NCBI GenBank assembly: GCA_023150775.1
Contig: JAKLKE010000004.1
Location: 2,049 to 66,048 of the forward strand
Length of the DNA stretch: 64,000 bases
From: Myxococcota bacterium
GTDB taxonomy: Bacteria; Myxococcota_A; UBA796; CAJQPC01
Direction: 5' to 3'
The position numbers and the translations under genes are program-made. Below are positions 39,653 through 49,247 of this stretch, piece after piece. How positions within the stretch are numbered: position 1 is the first letter of the stretch; the number at the start of each line of letters is the position of its first letter. The notes beneath the pieces were generated by a model. It was not told where the DNA came from and did no database searches. It saw only the letters and a list, made by a program, of their open reading frames with translations.

Positions 39653-40776
39653 CCCCCGACGGCCAACACGGCGCTGAACAGGTGGAGCTGGGTCTTGCCT
39701 CGAAACGGCCCCAGCTCAAAGCCGCCGAAGAAGCCGGCGAGGGGCACGCCGTCCAAGAAGCCGCTCACCACGGCGGCGTCGTAGTCGGGGATGCCCTGGA
39801 ACTCGGCGCCGCGTCCGGCGCAGTTGGTCATCAAGGCGAAGGCCGGGCGGCGGCGGCGCAGCACCCCCAAGGTCTCGATCATCATCGCGTTGAGGTCGGC
39901 CCGGGAGGAGTCCACGGCCCGGGTCAAGAAGAGCAAGGCGTCGCCCTCTTGGGCGGGCTGGCTCAGGCGCACGGCGGCGCGGGCGCGGTCGAGGCCCATG
40001 AAGGGGCGCACGAAGAGGCCTTCAGCGCCGACGCGGTCGCCGGGCCCGGCGTGACCGGCGAGCAGGGGGCCGTCGTCGCCGTCCTCTCGGGCGGCGAGCA
40101 GGGCCGCGAGCACCTGGAGCGCGGGTTTGCCGTCCAGCTCCAGCACATCGGCGCCTTCGCAGCGGGTGATGAGGTTGCCCCGGGCCAAGGGGCGGCAGCT
40201 CTGGGTGAGGCGCACCTCGGGCGCACAGTCGCGGATCACGAGCGCCGCGAGGCCGTCTTGGCTCAGGCCGTGGCCGGTGAAGACGAGGTCGTCGCCGTCG
40301 GGGTTCGCCGCGCCGCCGCCGATCACCCGGGCCCGGGGGTGCTCGGAGGCGACATACTCCAGGAACGGCGTGGCCTTAAACGTAGACGCCGTGGGCATCA
40401 GCACGACGAGGTCCTGGGGGCCGACGCCGTGGAGCGCCTCTCGGGCGGCGTGCTCGGGCTCGGCGTAGAGGTCGTGCAGAAGCCGGGCCTCGACGTTCGC
40501 CTCGGTGAACGCCATCAAGCCCAAGGCCGGGCCGTCCATCACCTCACGGCCGCCGATGGTGACCCCGGCGGACACGCAGCCGGCGAGCACCCGGGTGCCG
40601 AGGCCCAGGCAGAGCGCGGGGAGCAGGCGGCTGAGGTTGTCGGCGTGCTCGGGGCTCACCCAGCACAAGGCGCCGCTCACCGGGGCGTCGCCGAGCGCGT
40701 CCCGGATCTGGGAAGTGGCCTCCCGGGCGGCGTCTTCGCCCCGGGGGTTCATCGAGAGTGCGACGACCGCGCGCAT
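39649..40776 (-). CDS. FIST N/C-domain protein
   Basis: VIGGGA, TQSCRP, VLELDGKPA, NCAGRG, PLAGFFGGFELGP. Confidence 0.9.
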   Translation of the reverse strand: MRAVVALSMNPRGEDAAREATSQIRDALGDAPVSGALCWVSPEHADNLSRLLPALCLGLGTRVLAGCVSAGVTIGGREVMDGPALGLMAFTEANVEARLLHDLYAEPEHAAREALHGVGPQDLVVLMPTASTFKATPFLEYVASEHPRARVIGGGAANPDGDDLVFTGHGLSQDGLAALVIRDCAPEVRLTQSCRPLARGNLITRCEGADVLELDGKPALQVLAALLAAREDGDDGPLLAGHAGPGDRVGAEGLFVRPFMGLDRARAAVRLSQPAQEGDALLFLTRAVDSSRADLNAMMIETLGVLRRRRPAFALMTNCAGRGAEFQGIPDYDAAVVSGFLDGVPLAGFFGGFELGPFRGKTQLHLFSAVLAVGG

Positions 40777-40877
40777 AGAGGCCCTCCTGGCCAGCCACCT
40801 CAGGATAACGCCAAAGCGCGGAGATTTTGCGAAGGCGCGACCTTCGGGCCGCCGGGCGAGCGCGCGGAGGTAAGCTC

Positions 40878-42341
40878 ATGGGGATGTGGAACCTCCTGAT
40901 CCTGCTCGCTTGCGGCGGCCCGACGGTGAACCCCGCCGAGCCCCAACGCCTGCGCGACGCCCTCGGTCTCGGCGTGATCCCCCGCGCGCCGCTGGCGCCG
41001 ATCGAGGGCGCGGCGACGGTGGTGGAGGGGCTGCGGGTGATCCCGGTGAGCCTTCAGCTCTACCCAGGCCTCAGAGTGTCCGCGGCCTTGTGGCTGCCGC
41101 CTGGGGACGGCCCCTTCGACGCGGCCTTGGTGGCGCATGGGCACTTCGGCGAAGGAAAGACCGCCGGAGAGAGCCAGGCCCCGGCCTTCGCCTTGGCCCG
41201 GGCAGGCTACGCGGCGCTGGCCATAGACACCCTCGGCGTGGAGGAGGGTGACCTGCCAGGGCGACGAGTCCACTTTGAGGGCGGCGCCCACAACCGAGCC
41301 TTGCTCGTCGCCGGGGGCAGCTCCGCCATGGCGACGCAGCTTGAGGGGCTCCAGGCCGGGGTTCAGTATCTCCAGTCCAGAGGTGACGTGGATCAGATCG
41401 TGGTCGTCGGCGCTTCAGGGGGCGCGGTGCAGGCCCATTACCTCTCCGTGCTGGACCCAACGATCGTCGGCGCCGTCTTGGCGGCCTATGTGCCGACGCC
41501 GCGTGAGGCCCGCGCCGGGGGCTGCGCCTGTGACGCGGTGCCCGGCTGGCCCGGCCCCGACCCGAGCCTCACCGCCGCCCTCAGCCAGCCGAGCCTGTGG
41601 CTGACCGAGCTGGACCAGGCCGCGCCCGCCGGTCTTCCGAGACGGGCCGAGCATGAGGTGCTCATCGGCCCCCACAGCTACACCGAGCCGATGATCGCCG
41701 AGACCTTGGCCTTTCTGGGCGAGCTGCTCGACGGCGCGGGCTCGGCGGACCTAAACCAGCTCCCGAACCTCCCCGCCGAGGCCCTACGCTCCGCCGACGT
41801 GGGCCCGGCCGCCCTCGCCGACGTGCTCCAGCCCGCCCACCCGCCGCGCTGGCGCCCCGACCCCGACCTCGACACGCCCTACACCTTGACCTGCGACGGC
41901 GTGGGGCCCGTGGTCATCGCCGCCGGGGCCCGAGACGATGAGCTTCGTGTGTTGGTTCAGGCCGGGCTCAAGGTCTGCGCCTTGGCCGTGAGCTTTGACG
42001 AGGTGGACCAAGAGGCTGGGCTCATCACCCAGCGGCCGTATGTGGACCGCTTCGCCGGGGCGCTCGTGAGCGCGGCGCGGCGGGAGCGGGCCGGGGCGCT
42101 CTACGTCACCCGGGCCTGGGGGGTCGCCGCCGAGGGCGCGGGCCTGCCCTACGCGCTGCGGGAGCCCCTCACCCGGCCCCAAGACCTTGACCCGACCCAA
42201 GACCCGCCCTGGGTTCACGCGCCGGGCTGGTGGTGGCCCCCGCCGACCTACCCCGGCGCGATCTTGACCGGGGACGACCCGGCGGCGCTGGCGGCGGCGC
42301 TCACGGCGGCGCTCACCGCTCCGCGCACAGGCCAGCTTTGA
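40878..42341 (+). CDS. Alpha/beta-hydrolase lipoprotein (acetyl-xylan-esterase-like)
   Basis: LLAC lipobox, AHGH, GASGG nucleophile elbow, GPHSY. Confidence 0.7.
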   Translation: MGMWNLLILLACGGPTVNPAEPQRLRDALGLGVIPRAPLAPIEGAATVVEGLRVIPVSLQLYPGLRVSAALWLPPGDGPFDAALVAHGHFGEGKTAGESQAPAFALARAGYAALAIDTLGVEEGDLPGRRVHFEGGAHNRALLVAGGSSAMATQLEGLQAGVQYLQSRGDVDQIVVVGASGGAVQAHYLSVLDPTIVGAVLAAYVPTPREARAGGCACDAVPGWPGPDPSLTAALSQPSLWLTELDQAAPAGLPRRAEHEVLIGPHSYTEPMIAETLAFLGELLDGAGSADLNQLPNLPAEALRSADVGPAALADVLQPAHPPRWRPDPDLDTPYTLTCDGVGPVVIAAGARDDELRVLVQAGLKVCALAVSFDEVDQEAGLITQRPYVDRFAGALVSAARRERAGALYVTRAWGVAAEGAGLPYALREPLTRPQDLDPTQDPPWVHAPGWWWPPPTYPGAILTGDDPAALAAALTAALTAPRTGQL

Positions 42342-42368
42342 ACACGCTATGTTAGAGGCCGTTTAGGA

Positions 42369-44351
42369 GTGACCCGCGTGCCACGCATCCTGCTGCTCGA
42401 CGACGACCCAGAGCTGCGCGCCGTAGTCACCCAGGTGCTCATCCCGCGTGGGCACCAGCTCGTCGTGTGTGACAGCGGAGACGCCTTACGCGCCGCCGCC
42501 GCTGAGCCCGCGGCCCTGCTCATCTTGGGCGGGCGCTTCGCCGACGCCGAGGGCCGGGCGCTCCTCACCGAGCTTCGCGCCAGCGCCTCGCTCCCCGCCC
42601 TCGTCGTGCCCCAAGGACGCGGCGAAGACGAGCTCGGCGCCTTGATCACCGTCGGACAAGACGGGGTCGGGGTGCTGCGACGGCCCTTCTCTCCGGGCGC
42701 GCTCCTGCTGCGTGTAGACGCCGCGCTGCACGGCCCCAGCCGCGGGCGCAGCCCTGAAGGCGCCGGGCCGAACGTGCCCCGGGAGCGCTTCGCCGAGGGC
42801 CTGCCCGAGCGCCTCGCCGAGCTGGAGCGCCTCGCCACAGACGCCCGGGTTGGCGACCGCGCCGCCATCGAGGCCGCGCTGCACCAGAGCCGCCAGCTCC
42901 ACGCCGCCGCCGGGGCCTGGGGCGACGCCGACCTCACGGTGATGATCCAGCGTGTGGAGCACATCCTCAGCGTGGCCCTCGACGAGCAGCTCGGCCCCCA
43001 AGACCAGCGCTGGGCAGAGCTCGCCGTGCTGCTCACCCGGGCCCGGGCCGACGCCGGCTCCAACCTCGTCGATGGGGAGCTGCTGGAGGAGACGCCGCTC
43101 AAGGTGCTCATCGTGGCCGCCGAGGGGGAGGCCTTGGAGGTCGCCGCGCAGTTTGGCCGCCGCCGCAGCCTGCAGATGATCCGCGCCACGAGCCTTGAGG
43201 AGGCCGTGCGCCGCGCCGCCACTGAAGAGCCTGACGGTGCGCTGATCGAGGTCGAGCTGAGCGGTCGCCGGGGCGGGTTCTCCGCCGCCGAGGCCCTGCG
43301 CGCCTTGCCCGGCCAGGCCGAGCTGCCCGTGGCCTTCTTCTCCGCCGACGGGGGCCTCGCCAACCGCCTCGCCGCCACCCGCGCCGGGGCGCTGTTGTTT
43401 CTGCCCAAGCCGGTCACGGCCATGGACCTGGGCTACGCCGCCCGGGGCTTAGAGGACCGCGCCCGGCCCGAGCCGCTGCGGGCCCTGCTCCTCTGCGTAG
43501 ACGCCGAGAAACGCGCCGCGCTCCAGGGCTTGTTCATGGCGGACGGTGTGCATGTGCGCCTGCTCACCGAGCCCCTGGAGATCTTGGAGGGCATCGCCCG
43601 GGCCCGGCCCGAGGTGCTGCTCTTGGACCTCACGACGCCGTTCCTCTCGGCCCTTGATCTCTGCCGGGTGGTGCGCGCCGATCCGGCCTGGCAGACCCTG
43701 CCCATCGTGCTCTTTGACGGCCCCGATGACGACGACGCCGAGGTTGAGGCCTTGGCCGCGGGGGCGTCTGACTACCTCGGCCGCGACCGCTCCCCGGCGG
43801 CGCTCATCGCCCGGGCGAAGGGCCAGGCCGAGCGCGCCCGGCACTCGGCGCGGCTCATCGCCCGCGACCCGCTCACCGGGCTCTACCCGCGCCATGTGTT
43901 TCGGGAGTACGCCCAGCGCCTGCTCTCCGAGGCCCGGCGCCGGGCGGAGACCATCGCCCTCACCCTGATCCGCCTCGACCACTTCGCAAGGTTCAACGCC
44001 GAGCATGGATACGCCATGGGCGACCATGTGCTCGCCGGGGTGGGGCGCCTGATGAACGGGCGCTTCCGCCGCCACGACCTGCGGGGGTACTGGGGCGGCG
44101 ACAGCTTCGTGATCGCCTTCATGAACGAGCGGCCCACCGCCGCGCGGCTCGCCGTGAGCCGGTTCTTGCAGGATCTCAGCCAACGACGACTTCGCACCGC
44201 CCAGGGAAGGGAGGTCAGCCTCACCGCGAGCGCCGCGGTGGCCAGCTTCCCATCGGCGGGCACCTCCGTAGATGAGCTGGTCCAAGCGGCCGAGCCTCTG
44301 CTCGACCAGGCGCTCGCGGCGGGGGGTGACCAGATCCTCATCCTTCCGTAG
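42369..44351 (+). CDS. REC-Hpt-REC-REC-GGDEF protein (degenerate GGDSF)
   Basis: ILLLDDD, Hpt-like LHAAAGAWG, DPLTGL, RRHD I-site, WGGDSF. Confidence 0.85.
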   Translation: MTRVPRILLLDDDPELRAVVTQVLIPRGHQLVVCDSGDALRAAAAEPAALLILGGRFADAEGRALLTELRASASLPALVVPQGRGEDELGALITVGQDGVGVLRRPFSPGALLLRVDAALHGPSRGRSPEGAGPNVPRERFAEGLPERLAELERLATDARVGDRAAIEAALHQSRQLHAAAGAWGDADLTVMIQRVEHILSVALDEQLGPQDQRWAELAVLLTRARADAGSNLVDGELLEETPLKVLIVAAEGEALEVAAQFGRRRSLQMIRATSLEEAVRRAATEEPDGALIEVELSGRRGGFSAAEALRALPGQAELPVAFFSADGGLANRLAATRAGALLFLPKPVTAMDLGYAARGLEDRARPEPLRALLLCVDAEKRAALQGLFMADGVHVRLLTEPLEILEGIARARPEVLLLDLTTPFLSALDLCRVVRADPAWQTLPIVLFDGPDDDDAEVEALAAGASDYLGRDRSPAALIARAKGQAERARHSARLIARDPLTGLYPRHVFREYAQRLLSEARRRAETIALTLIRLDHFARFNAEHGYAMGDHVLAGVGRLMNGRFRRHDLRGYWGGDSFVIAFMNERPTAARLAVSRFLQDLSQRRLRTAQGREVSLTASAAVASFPSAGTSVDELVQAAEPLLDQALAAGGDQILILP

Positions 44352-44371
44352 GCGGTGGCGCGGAGGCCACC

Positions 44372-46486
44372 ATGAACTCGACCCGATCCATCCTCGCGAT
44401 GTGCGCCGACCCCGAGCTGCGGGCGCTGCTTCGCCTCATCACCGAGCCCGGCGGCCACTGGATCCGCGAGGCGAACAGCCTAGAGGAGGCCCAAGGCCTC
44501 GTCGGGCGGCACCACTTCGACCTCGTGATCACCACCGAGCTGCTCACCGACGGCGGCGGCGTCGAGCTTGGCCGCTGGCTGCGCTCGTGGAACGCCCAGC
44601 TCCCGATCCTCTTCTTCGGCTCGATCTGGCGAGAGGCCCCCGAGAACACCGCCATCGAGGAGGAGCTGGCGCCCTGCGTCGTGCGGCCGCTGCCCGCCCC
44701 GGCGGGGGCCCTGCGCGAGAGCCTCGGCGACGCCTTACGCCGTGGGGGCGTCGCCCCGCGGAATCCTGGCGGTCTTGTGCTCAGCGCCTTGGCGTTGGAG
44801 TCGCTCATCGAGCACCGCCGCCCCGCGGCCAGCCAGCGCCTTGAGAAGCGGGTGCACGACCTCGCCGGGGTGCTCGCCCGAGGCCGAATGCAGGGCCTCG
44901 ACCCGCAGGAGCTCTACCGCGTTCACCGCCTCTGCGCCGAGCTTCACGCCGCCGCCGGGCTCTACGGCCTGATGGAGATGGCCGTCGCTTTGGGCAAGCT
45001 GGAGCTGCTCTTTCAGCGGCTCACCTTGGGCGAGATCACCGACTTTCAGAGCTTCTGGGCCCAGCTCGACGAGGCCCTGGACCGGGCGAGGGGGCGTGGG
45101 CCCCGCGCGCTGGAGGCCGAGGCTGAGCCCGACCCCGCCGCCACGGCCCGGGTGCTGGTGCTCGGGGTGGACGATGACGACGTGCAGGCCTTGGCGAACG
45201 CCGCCAGCCGGGAGCTCGTCGAGATCTGGGCGGCGAAGGGCCTCGCCGACGGCCTGCCCCTGGCCAGAAAGCTCCAGCCTGACGTGCTCCTCGTCGATCT
45301 GGACCTCGGCGGCCCCGGCGGCGGGGTGCACCTCAGCCGCAAACTTCGGGGCATCGACGGCGCCCCAGAGGCGAGCCTCGGCTTTCTGAGCCGCCGCCTG
45401 GGCGTGAAGCTCCAGGTCGCCGCGGCGAGGGCCGGCGGGGAGCTGTTCTTGCCCAACCCGCCGGAGCCCCGGGAGTTCCTCAACGCCGTGCGCCTGCTCC
45501 TCGCCGCGCGCCGCCAAGAGCCCCTGCGGGTGCTCGCCGTGCACAACGGCGGCACCGACCACCTCACCCCCCTTGAAGAGAGCGACGGCGTCGAGGTCAC
45601 CCGCCTGGACGACCCCCTCCGCGCGCCGGAGCTCCTCGACCTCACCCGCTTCGACGTCGTGCTCGCCGACAGCCGCCTGCCCTCACTCAGCGGCCCCGAC
45701 CTCGTGCGCCTCCTGCGCACCACGCCCCGCTGGCAAGACCTGCCCGTCGTGCTGCGGGTGGCGCGGGGAGACGCCCACCAGCGCGCCGAGGCCCTGCGCG
45801 CCGGGGCCGATGAGGTCTGCTTAGACGACGAGACCGACCCGCCGCTCTTAGAGCGAGTCCGCCTACGCGCCGAGCGCCACCGCCGCGCCCGCGAGCTGCA
45901 CGACCGCGATCCCCTCACCGGCCTCTTGAGCCGTCAGGTGTTCACCGAGCAGCTCGCGGCGCGGCTCGGCGAGGCCCGGCGCAGCGGCCGCCCGGTCTCG
46001 GTGGTCCACCTGAGCCTCGACCTCTTCCGCGAGCTGAACGAGCTGCACGGCCTCACCGCCGGGGACAACGTGCTCATGGGCCTGGGCAAGCTGCTCACCA
46101 CACGTTTTCGGGTGGAGGACCTGCGCGGGCGCTGGGGTGGGGCCGAGTTTATGGTCGCGCTCTGCGGCGCGGGGCCCCAAGACGCGCTCATGGTCATCGG
46201 CGGCCTGCTCCACGACCTGCAAGAGACGGCCTTTGACGCCGGGGAGGGTGTGCGGGTGCGCGCCACATTCTCTGCGGGGGTCGCCTCCACCGTCGAGGCC
46301 GGAGACTCCGTCGAAGGCCTCATCCGCAGCGCGGCGGAGCAGCTTCGCCTCGCCCGGGCGACGGGGCCGGGCACCGTGCTCGGCGCCTCACGGGCCCACG
46401 CGGCGCTGGACACCCCTCAAGACCCGACGCCGCGCCCCTCGGAGCGGCGCCCTCCGCTGTTTTCCCCGCTCGGCGGGCGCGGCTGA
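44372..46486 (+). CDS. REC-Hpt-REC-REC-GGDEF protein (degenerate GGAEF)
   Basis: Same architecture; DPLTGL, RVED I-site, WGGAEF. Confidence 0.85.
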   Translation: MNSTRSILAMCADPELRALLRLITEPGGHWIREANSLEEAQGLVGRHHFDLVITTELLTDGGGVELGRWLRSWNAQLPILFFGSIWREAPENTAIEEELAPCVVRPLPAPAGALRESLGDALRRGGVAPRNPGGLVLSALALESLIEHRRPAASQRLEKRVHDLAGVLARGRMQGLDPQELYRVHRLCAELHAAAGLYGLMEMAVALGKLELLFQRLTLGEITDFQSFWAQLDEALDRARGRGPRALEAEAEPDPAATARVLVLGVDDDDVQALANAASRELVEIWAAKGLADGLPLARKLQPDVLLVDLDLGGPGGGVHLSRKLRGIDGAPEASLGFLSRRLGVKLQVAAARAGGELFLPNPPEPREFLNAVRLLLAARRQEPLRVLAVHNGGTDHLTPLEESDGVEVTRLDDPLRAPELLDLTRFDVVLADSRLPSLSGPDLVRLLRTTPRWQDLPVVLRVARGDAHQRAEALRAGADEVCLDDETDPPLLERVRLRAERHRRARELHDRDPLTGLLSRQVFTEQLAARLGEARRSGRPVSVVHLSLDLFRELNELHGLTAGDNVLMGLGKLLTTRFRVEDLRGRWGGAEFMVALCGAGPQDALMVIGGLLHDLQETAFDAGEGVRVRATFSAGVASTVEAGDSVEGLIRSAAEQLRLARATGPGTVLGASRAHAALDTPQDPTPRPSERRPPLFSPLGGRG

Positions 46487-46514
46487 GCGGCGGCGCCCGT
46501 CGAGGCGCCTTCGT

Positions 46515-47069
46515 TCACTCCCCCGCGGCGGCCGCGGCGGCGGCGGCCAAGCGCGCCTCCTCTTCTTCTTCTTCGGGGTCGCGCTGCCGGTGGCGCCAGC
46601 GGGCGTTCTTGTTGGAGCAGTTGCGGGAGCAGTACTTGGAGTTGGGCCGGGCGGGTTTGCCGCAGTCTTTCCAGGCGCAGAGCTGCACGCCGTTCGCGTC
46701 GAGGATGATGGGCTCGTCGTCGAGGTCCAACTTCGAGGCGCGGGAGGCGCTCGGCGCCTCACCGGACGGCACGTCGAGCTCGCTGGAGTCGTCGTCCCGG
46801 GCGCGCAGGGGGCGCGTCGGCTTGGGCTTCTTGACCTTCACGGGCTTGGGGGCCAGCTTGGGCGCGACCGGCGCGATGGCCGCGATGGGGTCGACGACGT
46901 CAGGCGCCGGGCGGTCCTTCTCCGGCGGACGCACGGACTTGCAGCCGTGGTACCAGCAGGCTTGGGTGCCCGCCGGGTAACGCACGCAGGGCAGATGGTT
47001 GAGGCACACCCAGAGGTTGTGGTTGCGCCAGACGCTGTTGGACCTCATCGCTTCTCTCCATGAACCCAC
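46515..47069 (-). CDS. Cys-rich putative double zinc-finger protein
   Basis: CLNHLPC...CWYHGC and CAWKDC...YCSRNC clusters; start uncertain (47048 possible). Confidence 0.65.
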   Translation of the reverse strand: MGSWREAMRSNSVWRNHNLWVCLNHLPCVRYPAGTQACWYHGCKSVRPPEKDRPAPDVVDPIAAIAPVAPKLAPKPVKVKKPKPTRPLRARDDDSSELDVPSGEAPSASRASKLDLDDEPIILDANGVQLCAWKDCGKPARPNSKYCSRNCSNKNARWRHRQRDPEEEEEEARLAAAAAAAAGE

Positions 47070-47198
47070 ACCGTAGCCACCGCTGTGGGCAAGTCCAATT
47101 CCAGGCCAGGGGAACGGGCGAGCCGCACGCTTAACCCAGGATGTCGGGGCGCGCAGCGTGTTTCGTGAGGCCAGTGTCAGACCCCCATCAGACCTCTC

Positions 47199-47588
47199 TC
47201 AGCGGGCCTCGGGAACACACACCGCCGTGGTGGCGACGAGGGTACAGACGAGCTGCTCCCCTCCGCGCACCGGGCTGAACTGCGCGGGCACCCCACCCTT
47301 GAAGTAGAGGGTGCAGTCCTCGACGGGGGCGCCGTTGAGCTCGGCGCGGCCCTCGACGATGGCGGCGCGGTCGCGGTACCCCGCCTGGGGGCAGACCAGC
47401 TCGATGTTGTGGTTGTGCCCGGCGTCACCCTCCAGCCGCACCCGGAGCATCCCCTGAGGCACCCCCTCGGGCACCCGGGAGGTGTCGGGGATCGGCGCTG
47501 GCGCCGCGACGGGCGCGGGCGGCGGCGGCGGCGGCGGGGCGGGCGCCCGGCTGGCGCAGGCCAGGAGCGACACAAGGAGAAAAACCAT
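47199..47588 (-). CDS. Small lipoprotein with Pro-rich linker
   Basis: AAGGAGG RBS, MVFLLVSLLAC lipobox, four Cys in the C-terminal domain. Confidence 0.7.
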   Translation of the reverse strand: MVFLLVSLLACASRAPAPPPPPPPAPVAAPAPIPDTSRVPEGVPQGMLRVRLEGDAGHNHNIELVCPQAGYRDRAAIVEGRAELNGAPVEDCTLYFKGGVPAQFSPVRGGEQLVCTLVATTAVCVPEAR

Positions 47589-47657
47589 ACGACATGCCTC
47601 CTTTAGAGGCGCTACTCTACCCCACAACACCCCATCGCCGCCCAAAGTCGCGGAGCA

Positions 47658-49148
47658 GTGAACGCCATGGCCCAGCCGGGCGAACGTATCGGCCAGTACG
47701 AGCTGCTGGAGTCTATCGGCGCCGGCGGCAGCGCGAGCGTCTGGCGCGCTCGACACACCCTCTTGGGCAGCGAGCACGCCGTGAAGCTGCTCCAGGCGCC
47801 GAGCGCTGAGGTCGCCAGCCGCCTGCTTCGAGAGGGCCGGGTGCAGGCGCGCCTGCGCCACCCGAACATCGTGCCTGTCACCGACCTCGTGCAGTCCGAG
47901 GAGCGTGTGGCCTTGGTGATGGAGTACATCGCCGGGGGCACCCTCCTGGAGCGGCTGCAGCGCCACGGGGCCATGGCCCCTGAAGAGGCGCTGCGTGTCT
48001 TCGCCGGGATGCTCGCCGGGCTCAAGGTCGCCCACCAGGCCGGGGTGCTCCACCGCGACCTCAAGCCCGCGAACGTGCTCATGGACGACGGCCGCCCCCG
48101 CATCGCCGACTTCGGCCTCGCCCGGGTCACCGAGGCCACCCTCGACCCCAAGCTCACCCGCGAAGGTTTCGCCATGGGCACCCCGGGGTACATGGCCCCG
48201 GAGCAGTGGGCCGACCCCACCCACATCGACGAGCGCGCCGACCTCTTCGCCATGGGCGTGATGCTCTACGAGCTGCTCGCCTGCCGCTCGCCGTTCACCG
48301 GGCAGAGCGCGGCGGAGGTGCTCCAGAACACCGTCGTCGGCCGCTACGAAGACCTGCGTGTCCTCAACCCCAGCCTGGATCTGCGGCTCGTGCAGGCCGT
48401 AGACGCCTGCCTGCGCCCCCACCGCGAGGAGCGTGTGGCGAGCGCGACGGCCTTGGAGCAGCTCCTCGGCCTCGCCGAGTCCGGCCCGCCGGTGACCCCG
48501 CCCGCCCTGTCCAATCCCCCCTCGCCGCGCCCCGGACCCGTCGCGGCGCCGATCGCGGCGCCTTCGCCGACCCTCGCGCCGCTGCACGATGACCACAGCC
48601 CCCGCGCGGCGGAGACGATGGGCTTCGCCGAGCTGCAGCGCGACCCCGACGATCCGCCCGAGCCCCCGGAGCGCCCTCAGGAGGAGGAGGAGGAGGCGCC
48701 GAGCCGAAGCGGGGCCTGGGGCATCGTGGCCATGGTCTCGATCGGTGTGCTGGGCCTCGCGCTCTTGGGCCTCGCGCGCCTGCAGGAGCCCGAGGCGCCC
48801 GAGGAGCCGCTCATTGAGGCGCCCGCCCCGGTTGTCCAGGCCCCCGCCGAGGCCGCCCCCGCCGAGCCCCCGCCCGCCGCGCCCACCAGGGAGAGCGCCC
48901 CCTGCTCCCCCGAGGCGGAGACGCTCGGCTTCTGGTACGCCAGCCGCAGCGTCGGCGGCAAGACCGGCGAGGTCGTCACCCTGCCCGCCGACGTGCGGGT
49001 GCGTAAGCTCTGGCCCAAGACCCCCGACGTGCCCACCGAGGTGGTCTGCACCTTGCCCGCCGGGGCCACGGTGCGCCTGCAGGCCCCCGTCGAGGACGTG
49101 CGCGGCAGCCGCTGGATCCCGCTCAGCGGCGCCGACCTGCGGCCCTGA
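47658..49148 (+). CDS. Membrane Ser/Thr protein kinase
   Basis: GAGGSASV, AVK, HRDLKPAN, DFG, GTPGYMAPE, TM helix, extracellular domain. Confidence 0.95.
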   Translation: MNAMAQPGERIGQYELLESIGAGGSASVWRARHTLLGSEHAVKLLQAPSAEVASRLLREGRVQARLRHPNIVPVTDLVQSEERVALVMEYIAGGTLLERLQRHGAMAPEEALRVFAGMLAGLKVAHQAGVLHRDLKPANVLMDDGRPRIADFGLARVTEATLDPKLTREGFAMGTPGYMAPEQWADPTHIDERADLFAMGVMLYELLACRSPFTGQSAAEVLQNTVVGRYEDLRVLNPSLDLRLVQAVDACLRPHREERVASATALEQLLGLAESGPPVTPPALSNPPSPRPGPVAAPIAAPSPTLAPLHDDHSPRAAETMGFAELQRDPDDPPEPPERPQEEEEEAPSRSGAWGIVAMVSIGVLGLALLGLARLQEPEAPEEPLIEAPAPVVQAPAEAAPAEPPPAAPTRESAPCSPEAETLGFWYASRSVGGKTGEVVTLPADVRVRKLWPKTPDVPTEVVCTLPAGATVRLQAPVEDVRGSRWIPLSGADLRP

Positions 49149-49197
49149 GCGCCCCCACACGCTGAGCCAACACGTCGCTGAGCCAACACCCCAGAGA

Positions 49198-49232
49198 CAA
49201 GAACCCCCCGGCCGTCACCGACCGAGGGGCTC
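49198..49232 (-). terminator. Terminator after ompA-like gene
   Basis: gagcccctcggtcg-gtga-cggccggggggttcttg hairpin on minus strand. Confidence 0.55.
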
Positions 49233-49247
49233 ACGTTCACCAGCGAC

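Noticed and set aside
47589-49160. 653-aa minus-strand ORF
   Set aside because: Antisense shadow of the kinase; only the last 129 codons (from ATG 47588 with RBS and lipobox) look real.
49160-49189. 14-bp direct repeat cgctgagccaacac
   Set aside because: Only two copies between convergent genes; no support for a function.
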